64,000 nucleotides of DNA, from assembly GCA_009782505.1 (NCBI GenBank), contig WRIW01000005.1, forward strand, positions 7,044 to 71,043. Reading direction: 5' to 3'. Position 1 is the stretch's first letter; each line of letters opens with the position of its first letter. Below the pieces are notes generated by a model that saw nothing but the letters and a program-made list of their open reading frames with translations, was not told the DNA's origin and ran no database searches. Positions 9,641 through 16,936 of this stretch are shown here, in pieces. Made by a program: the position numbers and the translations under genes. Origin of the DNA: Clostridiales bacterium. GTDB lineage: Bacteria; Bacillota; Peptococcia; DRI-13; UBA5745.

Positions 9641-10491
9641 TGGGAATTTATCATTCTTTCCAGGAAAGCAGGCTTGATAGACGAAAGAAAGAGAAACGTA
9701 GAAACATCATCATCACAACATATGTCCTGTTTGTCGCCGTCAGTATCGTCTCGATCATACAGTACAGGGCCTACCTCAGGGGCGAGGCGGAAAGCATGGC
9801 GGCGGCAGCTCTGTTGGCTCTGCCGGGGCCCGGGGGCAGAGAGGAGCCGGCGGTGATATGGCCGGATGAGCCGGCGGACACTCCGGCGGAAGGGTCAGAC
9901 GAGGCGCCCCCGGGGAACCAATCCACGGCGGAAGACGTCTATAAAGTGGAAGAGCCGCCCTACGACAAGCTTTTCATCACCGGGGAGAGGCGCCGCTACA
10001 AGGATCAGGATCTGACCCTCGTCATACCTAAGTTGAACAAGACGCTGCCCATATACAACGGCGTCACCCAGGAAGTATTGAAGAAAGGCGCGGGGCTGTA
10101 CGATTTCGCCCAGCTGCCCGGCGAGGGCAACCGAAACGTGAGCATAGCCGGCCACCGCAATACAAGCCGCTTCGGGGTGATCACCGACAACGCGCCGTTC
10201 TACTACATCGACAAACTGAAAGACGGTGATTATTTATACTTAACAGATGAGGAAAATGTTTACCGGTATCTCTATGAAGATACCAGGGTCGTCGAAGCCG
10301 ACGACTGGGGGCCCATCTACAGCCAGGGCTTTTCTTGCCTCACCATCACCTCCTGCACCCCCATCGGGATAGGGAGCCACAGGATAGTGGTAAGGGGCAG
10401 GCTGGATGAGATTTTTCCCCTGAGCGAGGGCTTTGAATACGTCCCGGAGACCGAGATCATGGAAGAGATCGTTGAGGATTTATTCCTATAA
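9640..10491 (+). CDS. sortase-family transpeptidase (class C/D-like), N-terminal membrane anchor
   Basis: Catalytic triad context NVSIAGHRN ... CLTITSCTPIGIGSHRIVVRGRL (His, TxxTC Cys, Arg). One N-terminal TM helix. Its ATG shares one nucleotide with the regulator stop (TAATG). Confidence 0.85.
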   Translation: MGIYHSFQESRLDRRKKEKRRNIIITTYVLFVAVSIVSIIQYRAYLRGEAESMAAAALLALPGPGGREEPAVIWPDEPADTPAEGSDEAPPGNQSTAEDVYKVEEPPYDKLFITGERRRYKDQDLTLVIPKLNKTLPIYNGVTQEVLKKGAGLYDFAQLPGEGNRNVSIAGHRNTSRFGVITDNAPFYYIDKLKDGDYLYLTDEENVYRYLYEDTRVVEADDWGPIYSQGFSCLTITSCTPIGIGSHRIVVRGRLDEIFPLSEGFEYVPETEIMEEIVEDLFL

Positions 10492-10509
10492 AGAATGGAG
10501 ATGATAACG

Positions 10510-11421
10510 ATGAAGAAAAAAACAAACCAATCCTTCCGGATGAGACTGACGGCTATCAGCTTGCTGCTGCTCTGCTTCACGGCGATGATCCCGGCCCCTG
10601 CCGCAGCCGCCATCGTCACCACGGTGGCGCAAAAGACGGGGGTGACCGTCCACAGCAATGACAAGGTCTCCATCGACGCGTCCAATCTGGCGGAAGGCTA
10701 TGTGATCGTAAAGTACACCGGGGGCAAGGACGTCCGGATAAAGGCGCAAATCGCCAAGACCGGCGGCTCCACCTACAGCTATGACATCAATTCCAAGGGA
10801 AACCCGGAGATACTGCCCATCACCGAGGGGGACGGGGCGTACTCCATAGGCGTATTCGAGAATGTCTCTGGCAGCAAGTATGCCCAGGCTTACGCGGCTA
10901 AGGTAGACGTCAAGCTGAGAGACCCCCTGCTGCCCTTCCTCTACGCCAACCAGTACGTGAACTACACGGCCGGCTCCGATGTGGACAAGAAGGCCCAGGA
11001 GCTGGTCAAAGGCGTCACCGACACGCTGGATAAGCTCACCAAGATCTATGATTTCGTCACAAGCACGCTGACTTACGACACGGTGCTGGCTGCCAACGTA
11101 CAGGCGGGCTATCTGCCCAATGTAAACGAAGTGCTGTCGAAGAAGAAGGGCATATGCTTTGACTACGCCGCCCTCATGTCATCCATGCTGCGGCTTCAGG
11201 GCATCCCATCCAGGCTTTGCATCGGATACGCCGGCACTGTGTATCACGCCTGGATAGACGTATACACCGAGGAAGCGGGCTGGATCAAGGAAGCGGTGAA
11301 GTTCGACGGGAAGAAATGGACCCTGATGGACCCCACATTTGTATCCACCTCCAACTCCGCCGACGCGGTGAAGAATTTCGTGGGCTCGGGCAATAGCTAC
11401 CAGCAAAAATATGTTTACTAG
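10510..11421 (+). CDS. secreted transglutaminase-like (Cys-His-Asp) protein
   Basis: Signal peptide MKKKTNQSFRMRLTAISLLLLCFTAMIPAPAAA. Transglutaminase core KKGICFDYAALMSSMLRLQGIPSRL..GY....HAW..V......W..MDPT. ATG 10510 follows GGAG; the track start 10495 is also possible. Confidence 0.8.
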   Translation: MKKKTNQSFRMRLTAISLLLLCFTAMIPAPAAAAIVTTVAQKTGVTVHSNDKVSIDASNLAEGYVIVKYTGGKDVRIKAQIAKTGGSTYSYDINSKGNPEILPITEGDGAYSIGVFENVSGSKYAQAYAAKVDVKLRDPLLPFLYANQYVNYTAGSDVDKKAQELVKGVTDTLDKLTKIYDFVTSTLTYDTVLAANVQAGYLPNVNEVLSKKKGICFDYAALMSSMLRLQGIPSRLCIGYAGTVYHAWIDVYTEEAGWIKEAVKFDGKKWTLMDPTFVSTSNSADAVKNFVGSGNSYQQKYVY

Positions 11422-11582
11422 TACCGCGTTGCATCTAAAAGTTAAGATTTATTTGCGAGGATATTCTTCGCAAGACAAGGCACGATGAGCGCGAATAGCC
11501 GCTGTGCTATTTAAGTGAAGAGTAACGCAGTATTGTGGAGAATAAACCGCAAATAAACTAACTTTTAGGTGCAACGTGGTAC
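11421..11582. repeat. long-stem hairpin element E2
   Basis: 11421-11457 pairs with 11548-11582 over about 35 bp, with two G-U pairs on the + strand and one 2-nt bulge. The left arm starts on the last base of the transglutaminase stop codon. The interior has hairpin 11493-11512 and the heptamer CACGATG that is also found in E1 and E3. Confidence 0.8.
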
Positions 11583-11613
11583 CTGATATATTTACTAAAA
11601 AAGGGGTTAGCGT

Positions 11614-12684
11614 ATGAGTACTGAGATCAAGACGAAGAAATCCGTCAGCCAGCTGAACGCTGAGGAGGTGTACCTTTTTTCGATGCAGATATCCCTGATG
11701 CTGAAGGCGGGCATCCTGCCCGCCGACGGCGTCGCCCTTCTGGAATCCGAAGCCGCCTCCGACCGGGAGAAAAAGCTTCTCAATCAGATGAAGGAGATAC
11801 TGGAGCAGGGCGAGCCCTTCTTCTCAGCGATGGAAGCCACGGGGGCTTTCCCCGAGCACGCCTTGCGCATGGTGCAGATCGGCGAAGACACGGGCCGCCT
11901 GGAGCAGGTGCTCGCCGCCCTTACGCTGCACTACCAGCAGGAGCATGAGCTCAGGGAAAACATGCGCCAGGCCGTGGTGTACCCCGCCTGGCTTGCCGTC
12001 ATCATCGGCATCGTGACCTTCGTGCTGGTCACCAGGGTGCTGCCCGTATTCCAGCAGGTGCTGGAGCAGCTTGGCTCCGGGCTCTCGCCCTGGGCTTCCT
12101 CCATCATGAAGATGGGCGTATTCACGAAGCAGGGGGCCATCGTATTCGCCGCTTTGCTCGCTGTATTTGCCCTGTATCTCTTCTTCAGCTCCCGCTCCCC
12201 CGAGGGGCAGGAAAAGCTAAGGCACCTGGCGGACATACTACTATTCCGCGGGGCGCTGGGGTTATCGGTATCTAGAGAAAGGTTTTCCTCCGCCATCTCC
12301 CTGAGCTTGGCCAGCGGCCTGAATCTCAACGACGCCATGGATAAGGCCATCTCCCTGGTAGACGACGATAAGATGCGCGTCAAGATCGAGCATTGCAAGG
12401 AGCTCCTGGAGCAGGGCACGACTTTTGCCGCCTCCGTGGAGCAGGCGGGCATATTCAACGGCCTGGAGATCGGTTTGATTTCCGCGGGCTTCAAAGCGGG
12501 CGCCAGCGAGGCGGTCATGCAGGAGCTGTCCAGGCGCTGCCACAATCAGACGGAAGAGATCATGTCCAAGATCATGTCCAGGATAGAGCCGATACTGGTC
12601 ATCTTCCTGGTGGTGGTTGTGGGGATGCTGCTTCTCTCCGTCATGCTGCCGCTCCTCGCCATGATGAACGCCATCGGCAGTTGA
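11614..12684 (+). CDS. type II secretion system F family / PilC-ComGB-like platform protein
   Basis: 356 aa with T2SSF-type repeats and three TM segments (LFSMQISLMLKAGILPADGV..., ...LISAGFKAGASE...EPILVIFLVVVVGMLLLSVMLPLL). Confidence 0.85.
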   Translation: MSTEIKTKKSVSQLNAEEVYLFSMQISLMLKAGILPADGVALLESEAASDREKKLLNQMKEILEQGEPFFSAMEATGAFPEHALRMVQIGEDTGRLEQVLAALTLHYQQEHELRENMRQAVVYPAWLAVIIGIVTFVLVTRVLPVFQQVLEQLGSGLSPWASSIMKMGVFTKQGAIVFAALLAVFALYLFFSSRSPEGQEKLRHLADILLFRGALGLSVSRERFSSAISLSLASGLNLNDAMDKAISLVDDDKMRVKIEHCKELLEQGTTFAASVEQAGIFNGLEIGLISAGFKAGASEAVMQELSRRCHNQTEEIMSKIMSRIEPILVIFLVVVVGMLLLSVMLPLLAMMNAIGS

Positions 12685-12733
12685 CAGGATGAGGCGGAGC
12701 CCATCTTGGATAGTTAGATATCGGAGGTAAGGT

Positions 12734-13054
12734 ATGTTCATCCGTAAGAAAGCTATGTCAAGAATCAAAGTGATCCTGCCGGTGATCCTCACGGCCATCG
12801 TCCTCTGGGGCGTCATGACCGGCGCGTCCAAGACCCAGGAGCAGGCGGCCGGGCAGGCGCAGAAGCTCACCGAGGAAAGCATACGCCGGGCGGCGGTCCA
12901 GTGCTACGCCCTGGAAGGCATCTATCCGGTGAATATCGAGTACCTCATGGACCACTACGGGATACGTCCCGATACGAACCGGTTTATCATTCATTATCAG
13001 TTTATCGCCGATAATCTTTTGCCGGATATCTCCGTGCTGCCCATCGAGCGATGA
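12734..13054 (+). CDS. small membrane-anchored pilin-like protein (GspG/ComGC-like globular part, no class III signal)
   Basis: RBS GGAGG. One N-terminal TM helix. IRRAAVQCYALEGIYPVNIEYLMDHYG resembles the major pseudopilin A..Y....G.YP..l..L signature. No G-F-T-L-x-E is present. Confidence 0.55.
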   Translation: MFIRKKAMSRIKVILPVILTAIVLWGVMTGASKTQEQAAGQAQKLTEESIRRAAVQCYALEGIYPVNIEYLMDHYGIRPDTNRFIIHYQFIADNLLPDISVLPIER

Positions 13055-13070
13055 CGAAGGGAGTGAGCCG

Positions 13071-13574
13071 ATGAACGGTGTGATAAAAGAAAGACAGGGG
13101 ATACGCGTAGACAGCGCCGGGGTGTTCTTATTGGGCGCCGTATTTCTTTTTTTATCCATCGGGCTGGTCATGATGGGCGGGTCCCTTTATCGCCATATCA
13201 TGGAAGTTTCAAACGAAAACGACGAAGCCAGGACGACGTTCTCCTACATCTCCAACCAGGTCCACCGGGCGGACGCCTCGGGGGGCGTGTCGGTAGGGGA
13301 GCTGGGGGGGCAGCCCGCCCTCCTGCTGGAGCAGCACTTCGGCGACTGGGAGTTCATCACCTACCTCTACTACTACGACGGCGCCCTCCGGGAACTCTTC
13401 GTCGAGAAGGGCACGGAGCTTGAGAAAGACGCCGGTCTGGCTATCGTCTGGCTAAGCGACCTGGGCTTTGAGCAGGACGAATCGGGCCTGATCACGGCTT
13501 GGGCCGTACTAACGAACGGGCGGAGGGAGCAGATATTGATTTCCCCGCGCACCATGGCAGAGGGGGTCGGCTGA
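13071..13574 (+). CDS. membrane-anchored protein, DUF4860/minor-pseudopilin-like
   Basis: 167 aa with one N-terminal TM (GVFLLGAVFLFLSIGLVMMGG). The soluble part (TTFSYISNQVHRAD...ITYLYYYDGALREL) resembles GspJ/ComGF-type minor pilins. The DUF4860 assignment is from memory. Confidence 0.5.
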   Translation: MNGVIKERQGIRVDSAGVFLLGAVFLFLSIGLVMMGGSLYRHIMEVSNENDEARTTFSYISNQVHRADASGGVSVGELGGQPALLLEQHFGDWEFITYLYYYDGALRELFVEKGTELEKDAGLAIVWLSDLGFEQDESGLITAWAVLTNGRREQILISPRTMAEGVG

Positions 13575-13999
13575 TGAAACGCCAACAATCCAGTTCCATC
13601 GTCTTCCTGACGGAGCTGTTCTTATCCCTGACGATATTTGCGTTATGCTCCTCCGTATGCGCGGGATTGTTTGCCTGGTCGTACCGCTACAGCAAGGACA
13701 GCAACGCCCTCAGCCGGGCCGTCATGGCTGCCCAGAGCTGCGCGGAAGCCTTCAAGAGGAACGATTCGGCACAGAGCCTGGCGGAGGCCCTGGGCGGTAC
13801 GGCGGGCGCCGGGAGCTGCCTGGTGTACTACGACGAAGACTGGACGCCTACCACCGCGGACCAGGCGTCTTTCATCCTCCGGGTGAGCATGAACCTGGAC
13901 ACGGGCATACGCCTGGCGGACATCGTCGTCTCCAACGCGGAAGACGCCGAAATCTTTAAGCTGGCTGCCTCGGCGCTCCTGACGGAGGTGAGGCCATGA
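13574..13999 (+). CDS. pseudopilin-like protein with out-of-register prepilin-like N-terminus
   Basis: Start at ATG 13574, overlapping the upstream stop (TGATG). The N-terminus MKRQQSSSIVFLTELFLSLTIF resembles a class III signal. However, it lacks Gly at -1 and the Glu is out of register. Confidence 0.55.
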   Translation: MKRQQSSSIVFLTELFLSLTIFALCSSVCAGLFAWSYRYSKDSNALSRAVMAAQSCAEAFKRNDSAQSLAEALGGTAGAGSCLVYYDEDWTPTTADQASFILRVSMNLDTGIRLADIVVSNAEDAEIFKLAASALLTEVRP

Positions 14000-14469
14000 G
14001 TGAGAAAAAAGGCAACCCCTTATACGGGATAGGCGGGGTGACCCTGCTGACTGTGCTCCTGGTGCTGTGCCTGACCTTGTTTTCCGTGCTGGCACTAAGC
14101 TCAGCCCAGGCGGATCGGCGCCTCAGCGAGAAAAGCGCCGCGTCGGTAACGGCTTACTATGAATCAGAAAATCAAATCCTGGAAATGATGAGGCAGATCG
14201 AGGGGATGTGGCCCGCGGGCCACAGGAGGCCCCAGGCCTCGGACATATCCGTCCGGCTCGCCTCCAAGTATGACGTATGGGTGGATACGGAGGGCGACGG
14301 CCTCATCATCTATACCGAGCTGCCCGTGATGGAGACCCAGACGCTGCAAGTCGAGGCCTACATCGGCCCCGGCGGCGACGGGGGGAGATGGGAAGTCCGC
14401 CAGTGGCAGCTCCTGCCCCCCGAGCAGGACGAAGGGGATATGGGCTTCCTCATCTTATGGGAGCCTTAA
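13996..14469 (+). CDS. pilin-like protein (E5-less minor pilin / PilX-ComGG-like)
   Basis: ATGA overlap with the upstream gene. The N-terminus ...GIGG|VTLLTVLLVLCLTLFSVLALS is followed by SAQADRRLSEKSAASVTAYYESENQ. Confidence 0.5.
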   Translation: MSEKKGNPLYGIGGVTLLTVLLVLCLTLFSVLALSSAQADRRLSEKSAASVTAYYESENQILEMMRQIEGMWPAGHRRPQASDISVRLASKYDVWVDTEGDGLIIYTELPVMETQTLQVEAYIGPGGDGGRWEVRQWQLLPPEQDEGDMGFLILWEP

Positions 14470-14526
14470 GCATACATATCTTCCAGGCTTAGGATTTGAA
14501 TTTCATAAAAGGAGCATAGGATAATT

Positions 14527-15594
14527 ATGGAAGTCACTGATATTCTCTCGAAAGCAATAGAGCACCAGGCGTCGGATATCCTGTTGATATCCGGCTTGCC
14601 CATTACGTTTAAAGGCAACGGCAAGATCATCCGCCTTGAAGGCGAGAGGCTGCTGCCGGAGAGCTGCGGCGATCTCATCGCGGAAATCTACAAGCTGGCG
14701 GGTAACCGGGACATGGAGACCATCCTGAAGGACGGGGACGACGACTTCTCCTTCTCCTTGCCGCAGCTGTGCCGGTTCCGGGTGAATACCCTCAGGCAGA
14801 GGGGCTCCCTGGCCGCCGTCATCCGGGTGGTATCCTTCGATATGCCGGACCACACGGAGCTGCAGATACCCGACGCGGTGATGAATTTCGCCAACTATAC
14901 GAAGGGCATGGTGCTGGTCACAGGCCCTGCCGGCAGCGGCAAATCCACGACCCTGGCCTGCCTGATCAACGAGATCAACCACAATAGGGACGCCCATATC
15001 ATCACCATCGAGGACCCCATCGAGTTCCTCCACCGCCACGACAAGAGCGTGGTGACCCAAAGGGAGCTCTCCAGCGACACCAGGAGCTATGAGGCGGCGC
15101 TGAGGGCGGTGCTGCGCCAGGCGCCGGACGTGATACTGCTGGGGGAGATGCGCGACTTCGAGACCATCAAGACGGCCATCACCGCCGCGGAGACCGGCCA
15201 TCTGGTGATATCCACCCTGCATACCATAGGCGCGGCGAACACCATCGACCGTATGGTGGACAGCTTCCCCCCGGAGCAGCAGCAGCAGATACGTATCCAG
15301 CTGGGCATGGTCCTCCAGGGGGTCGTATCCCAACAGCTGGTGCCGGCGCTGAACGGAAAGGTTTTACCCGCCTTCGAGGTCATGATCGCCAACAACGCCA
15401 TTCGGAACCTCATCCGCGAGTCCAAGGCCCATCAGATCGACAGCGTGATCTTTTCCTCCGCTTCCGAGGGTATGATCAGCATGGACACTTACTTGCTCAA
15501 CATGGTCAGGGATAAAAAGATATCCCCGGAGGAAGCGGTGAACTACAGCACCAACGGCGACCAGATGGTGAAGCGGCTTCAGGCGATGAAGTAG
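14527..15594 (+). CDS. pilT: PilT-family type IV pilus retraction-type ATPase
   Basis: 355 aa. Walker A GPAGSGKSTT; IITIEDPIEF; LRQAPDVILLGEMRD; AETGHLVISTLHT; AIRNLIRE. Size and motifs match PilT/PilU rather than the longer PilB/GspE type. Confidence 0.9.
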   Translation: MEVTDILSKAIEHQASDILLISGLPITFKGNGKIIRLEGERLLPESCGDLIAEIYKLAGNRDMETILKDGDDDFSFSLPQLCRFRVNTLRQRGSLAAVIRVVSFDMPDHTELQIPDAVMNFANYTKGMVLVTGPAGSGKSTTLACLINEINHNRDAHIITIEDPIEFLHRHDKSVVTQRELSSDTRSYEAALRAVLRQAPDVILLGEMRDFETIKTAITAAETGHLVISTLHTIGAANTIDRMVDSFPPEQQQQIRIQLGMVLQGVVSQQLVPALNGKVLPAFEVMIANNAIRNLIRESKAHQIDSVIFSSASEGMISMDTYLLNMVRDKKISPEEAVNYSTNGDQMVKRLQAMK

Positions 15595-15604
15595 GCGGTA
15601 TCCC

Positions 15605-16075
15605 ATGAGCCATGAAAAAGGCGCAAAACTCAATCATTACATGGCTTTCCTGCGGGTAGCCGTAGACGGATACGAGGCCGGGCGGATCTCCGGGAGCGTA
15701 TATAGCCGGCGGCTTAAGGCGCCCCTGCATTTTGCCACGACGAAAGACCTCCTGCTTCAGATAGAAGACCTGCTGGATACCCAGGATTTCCCCCGGGCAT
15801 TCCAGCGGAAGAGGACCTTCGCGGAGGGCAAGGCCCCGAAAGCCCCGGGGAGGCCCGTGGCGCCGGAAGAGGACGGCAGGGAAAACATGGACGCGGAGAC
15901 GGTGGATATGGCCCGGGGGAAGATCTCCACTTTCACGCTGAATGTGATCACCCGCCAGAATACATCTTGGCAGGGGTACCTGGACTGGCTGGACGGGGCG
16001 GACAGGCTGGCGTTTAACAGCGACTTGGAGCTTCTGTCCATGATTTCGGAGAGGCTGGAGCTTAGCGGGGGCTGA
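15605..16075 (+). CDS. hypothetical protein, last gene of the filament-like operon
   Basis: 156 aa with no TM helix. The C-terminal motif STFTLNVITRQNTSWQGYLDWLDG...FNSDLELLSMI is recalled from other small Clostridia proteins of unknown function. Confidence 0.5.
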   Translation: MSHEKGAKLNHYMAFLRVAVDGYEAGRISGSVYSRRLKAPLHFATTKDLLLQIEDLLDTQDFPRAFQRKRTFAEGKAPKAPGRPVAPEEDGRENMDAETVDMARGKISTFTLNVITRQNTSWQGYLDWLDGADRLAFNSDLELLSMISERLELSGG

Positions 16076-16104
16076 GCGCGCACTGATACTGTTCACTGAT
16101 TGCG

Positions 16105-16128
16105 GACGCCGGCGGACGGCGTCTTTTT
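16105..16128 (+). terminator. Rho-independent terminator of the filament-like operon
   Basis: Stem GACGCC / GGCGTC (16105-16110 / 16118-16123) with loop GGCGGAC, followed by TTTTT. Confidence 0.75.
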
Positions 16129-16151
16129 CTACGGCGCGGCGGCGGTCTGTA

Positions 16152-16380
16152 GCCGCCTGGTGGCAAGGCAACGCCCGATAGGGCGACATTGCGGCGTAGA
16201 TACGTAGACACGAATCAGGCATGCAGGCGGAGACATAGAAAAATCAGGACGATTTTTCAGGCGGAGGCCGACACGATGTCGGCTCGACGCCGGTATGTCG
16301 GAGCAAATCATGGCGATAAGGTGTTTCTTCGTTATATATAGCAGGAGCCCTATCAGGCGTTGCCTTGCCGCCGGGCCGTC
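16152..16380. repeat. long-stem hairpin element E3
   Basis: Core arms 16162-16184 and 16347-16369 are complementary at 22 of 23 positions, with about 7 more pairs outward. The interior holds hairpins 16238-16258 (loop AGGAC), 16267-16283 (loop ACGAT) and 16282-16304. Confidence 0.8.
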
Positions 16381-16409
16381 TGGACAAACCCCGCGGCGAA
16401 ACGTATAAT
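16381..16409 (+). promoter_or_regulatory. sigma-70-like promoter for the ferredoxin/AOR operon
   Basis: TGGACA (16381-16386), 17-nt spacer, TATAAT (16404-16409). It lies about 90 nt upstream of GTG 16499. Confidence 0.5.
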
Positions 16410-16498
16410 GGTAGAAGCGGGCGTAAAGGCGGCTCGCGTAGCCCCATCGAAAATTTAACTTAGGCTGCGCTGAAAGCGCGGCACTACTGAGGAAACGG

Positions 16499-16936
16499 GT
16501 GATTCATTTGGCAAAAGTGTTGAAGGCAAACCAGTTGAACAAATGCATCGGGTGTTTCACATGCATGCTGGTCTGTGCCGGCATTAACAGGAGGAACCAT
16601 TCCATCCGGAAAAGCTGTATCAGCATGAAGACCAGCGGCGGCATGTCAGGGCGCTTCGTGTCGGTAGTCTGCCAGGCCTGCCGCGACCCCCAGTGCGCCG
16701 GGGTATGCCCCTCCGACGCCCTCAAGCCCCGGAAAGGCGGCGGCGTGACCTTAGATAAGTCAAAGTGCATAGGCTGCCGCCGCTGCGAGGCCGCCTGCCT
16801 GGTGAGCGCCATCGGCTATGATGAAGAGGAACGCAAGCCGCTGGTCTGCCATCACTGCGGAATGTGCGCCCGGTACTGCCCCCACGGCTGCCTCGAGCTG
16901 GTGGATGTGCCGGACGAAGAGGAGGTGGCGGTATGA
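16499..16936 (+). CDS. 4Fe-4S dicluster ferredoxin-like protein (AOR partner)
   Basis: GTG start. Cys clusters CIGCFTCMLVC, CQACRDPQCAGVC, CIGCRRCEAAC and CHHCGMCARYC. Confidence 0.85.
   Translation: MIHLAKVLKANQLNKCIGCFTCMLVCAGINRRNHSIRKSCISMKTSGGMSGRFVSVVCQACRDPQCAGVCPSDALKPRKGGGVTLDKSKCIGCRRCEAACLVSAIGYDEEERKPLVCHHCGMCARYCPHGCLELVDVPDEEEVAV

Noticed and set aside
16404-16498. Possible Moco/tungsten-cofactor riboswitch in the leader of the ferredoxin/AOR operon.
   Set aside because: Only about 90 nt separate the -10 element from the GTG start, which is too short for the motif. I could not recognise the conserved Moco-motif stretches. Only a small hairpin (GCGCT GAA AGCGC) is present. A cmsearch with RF01055 would settle this.
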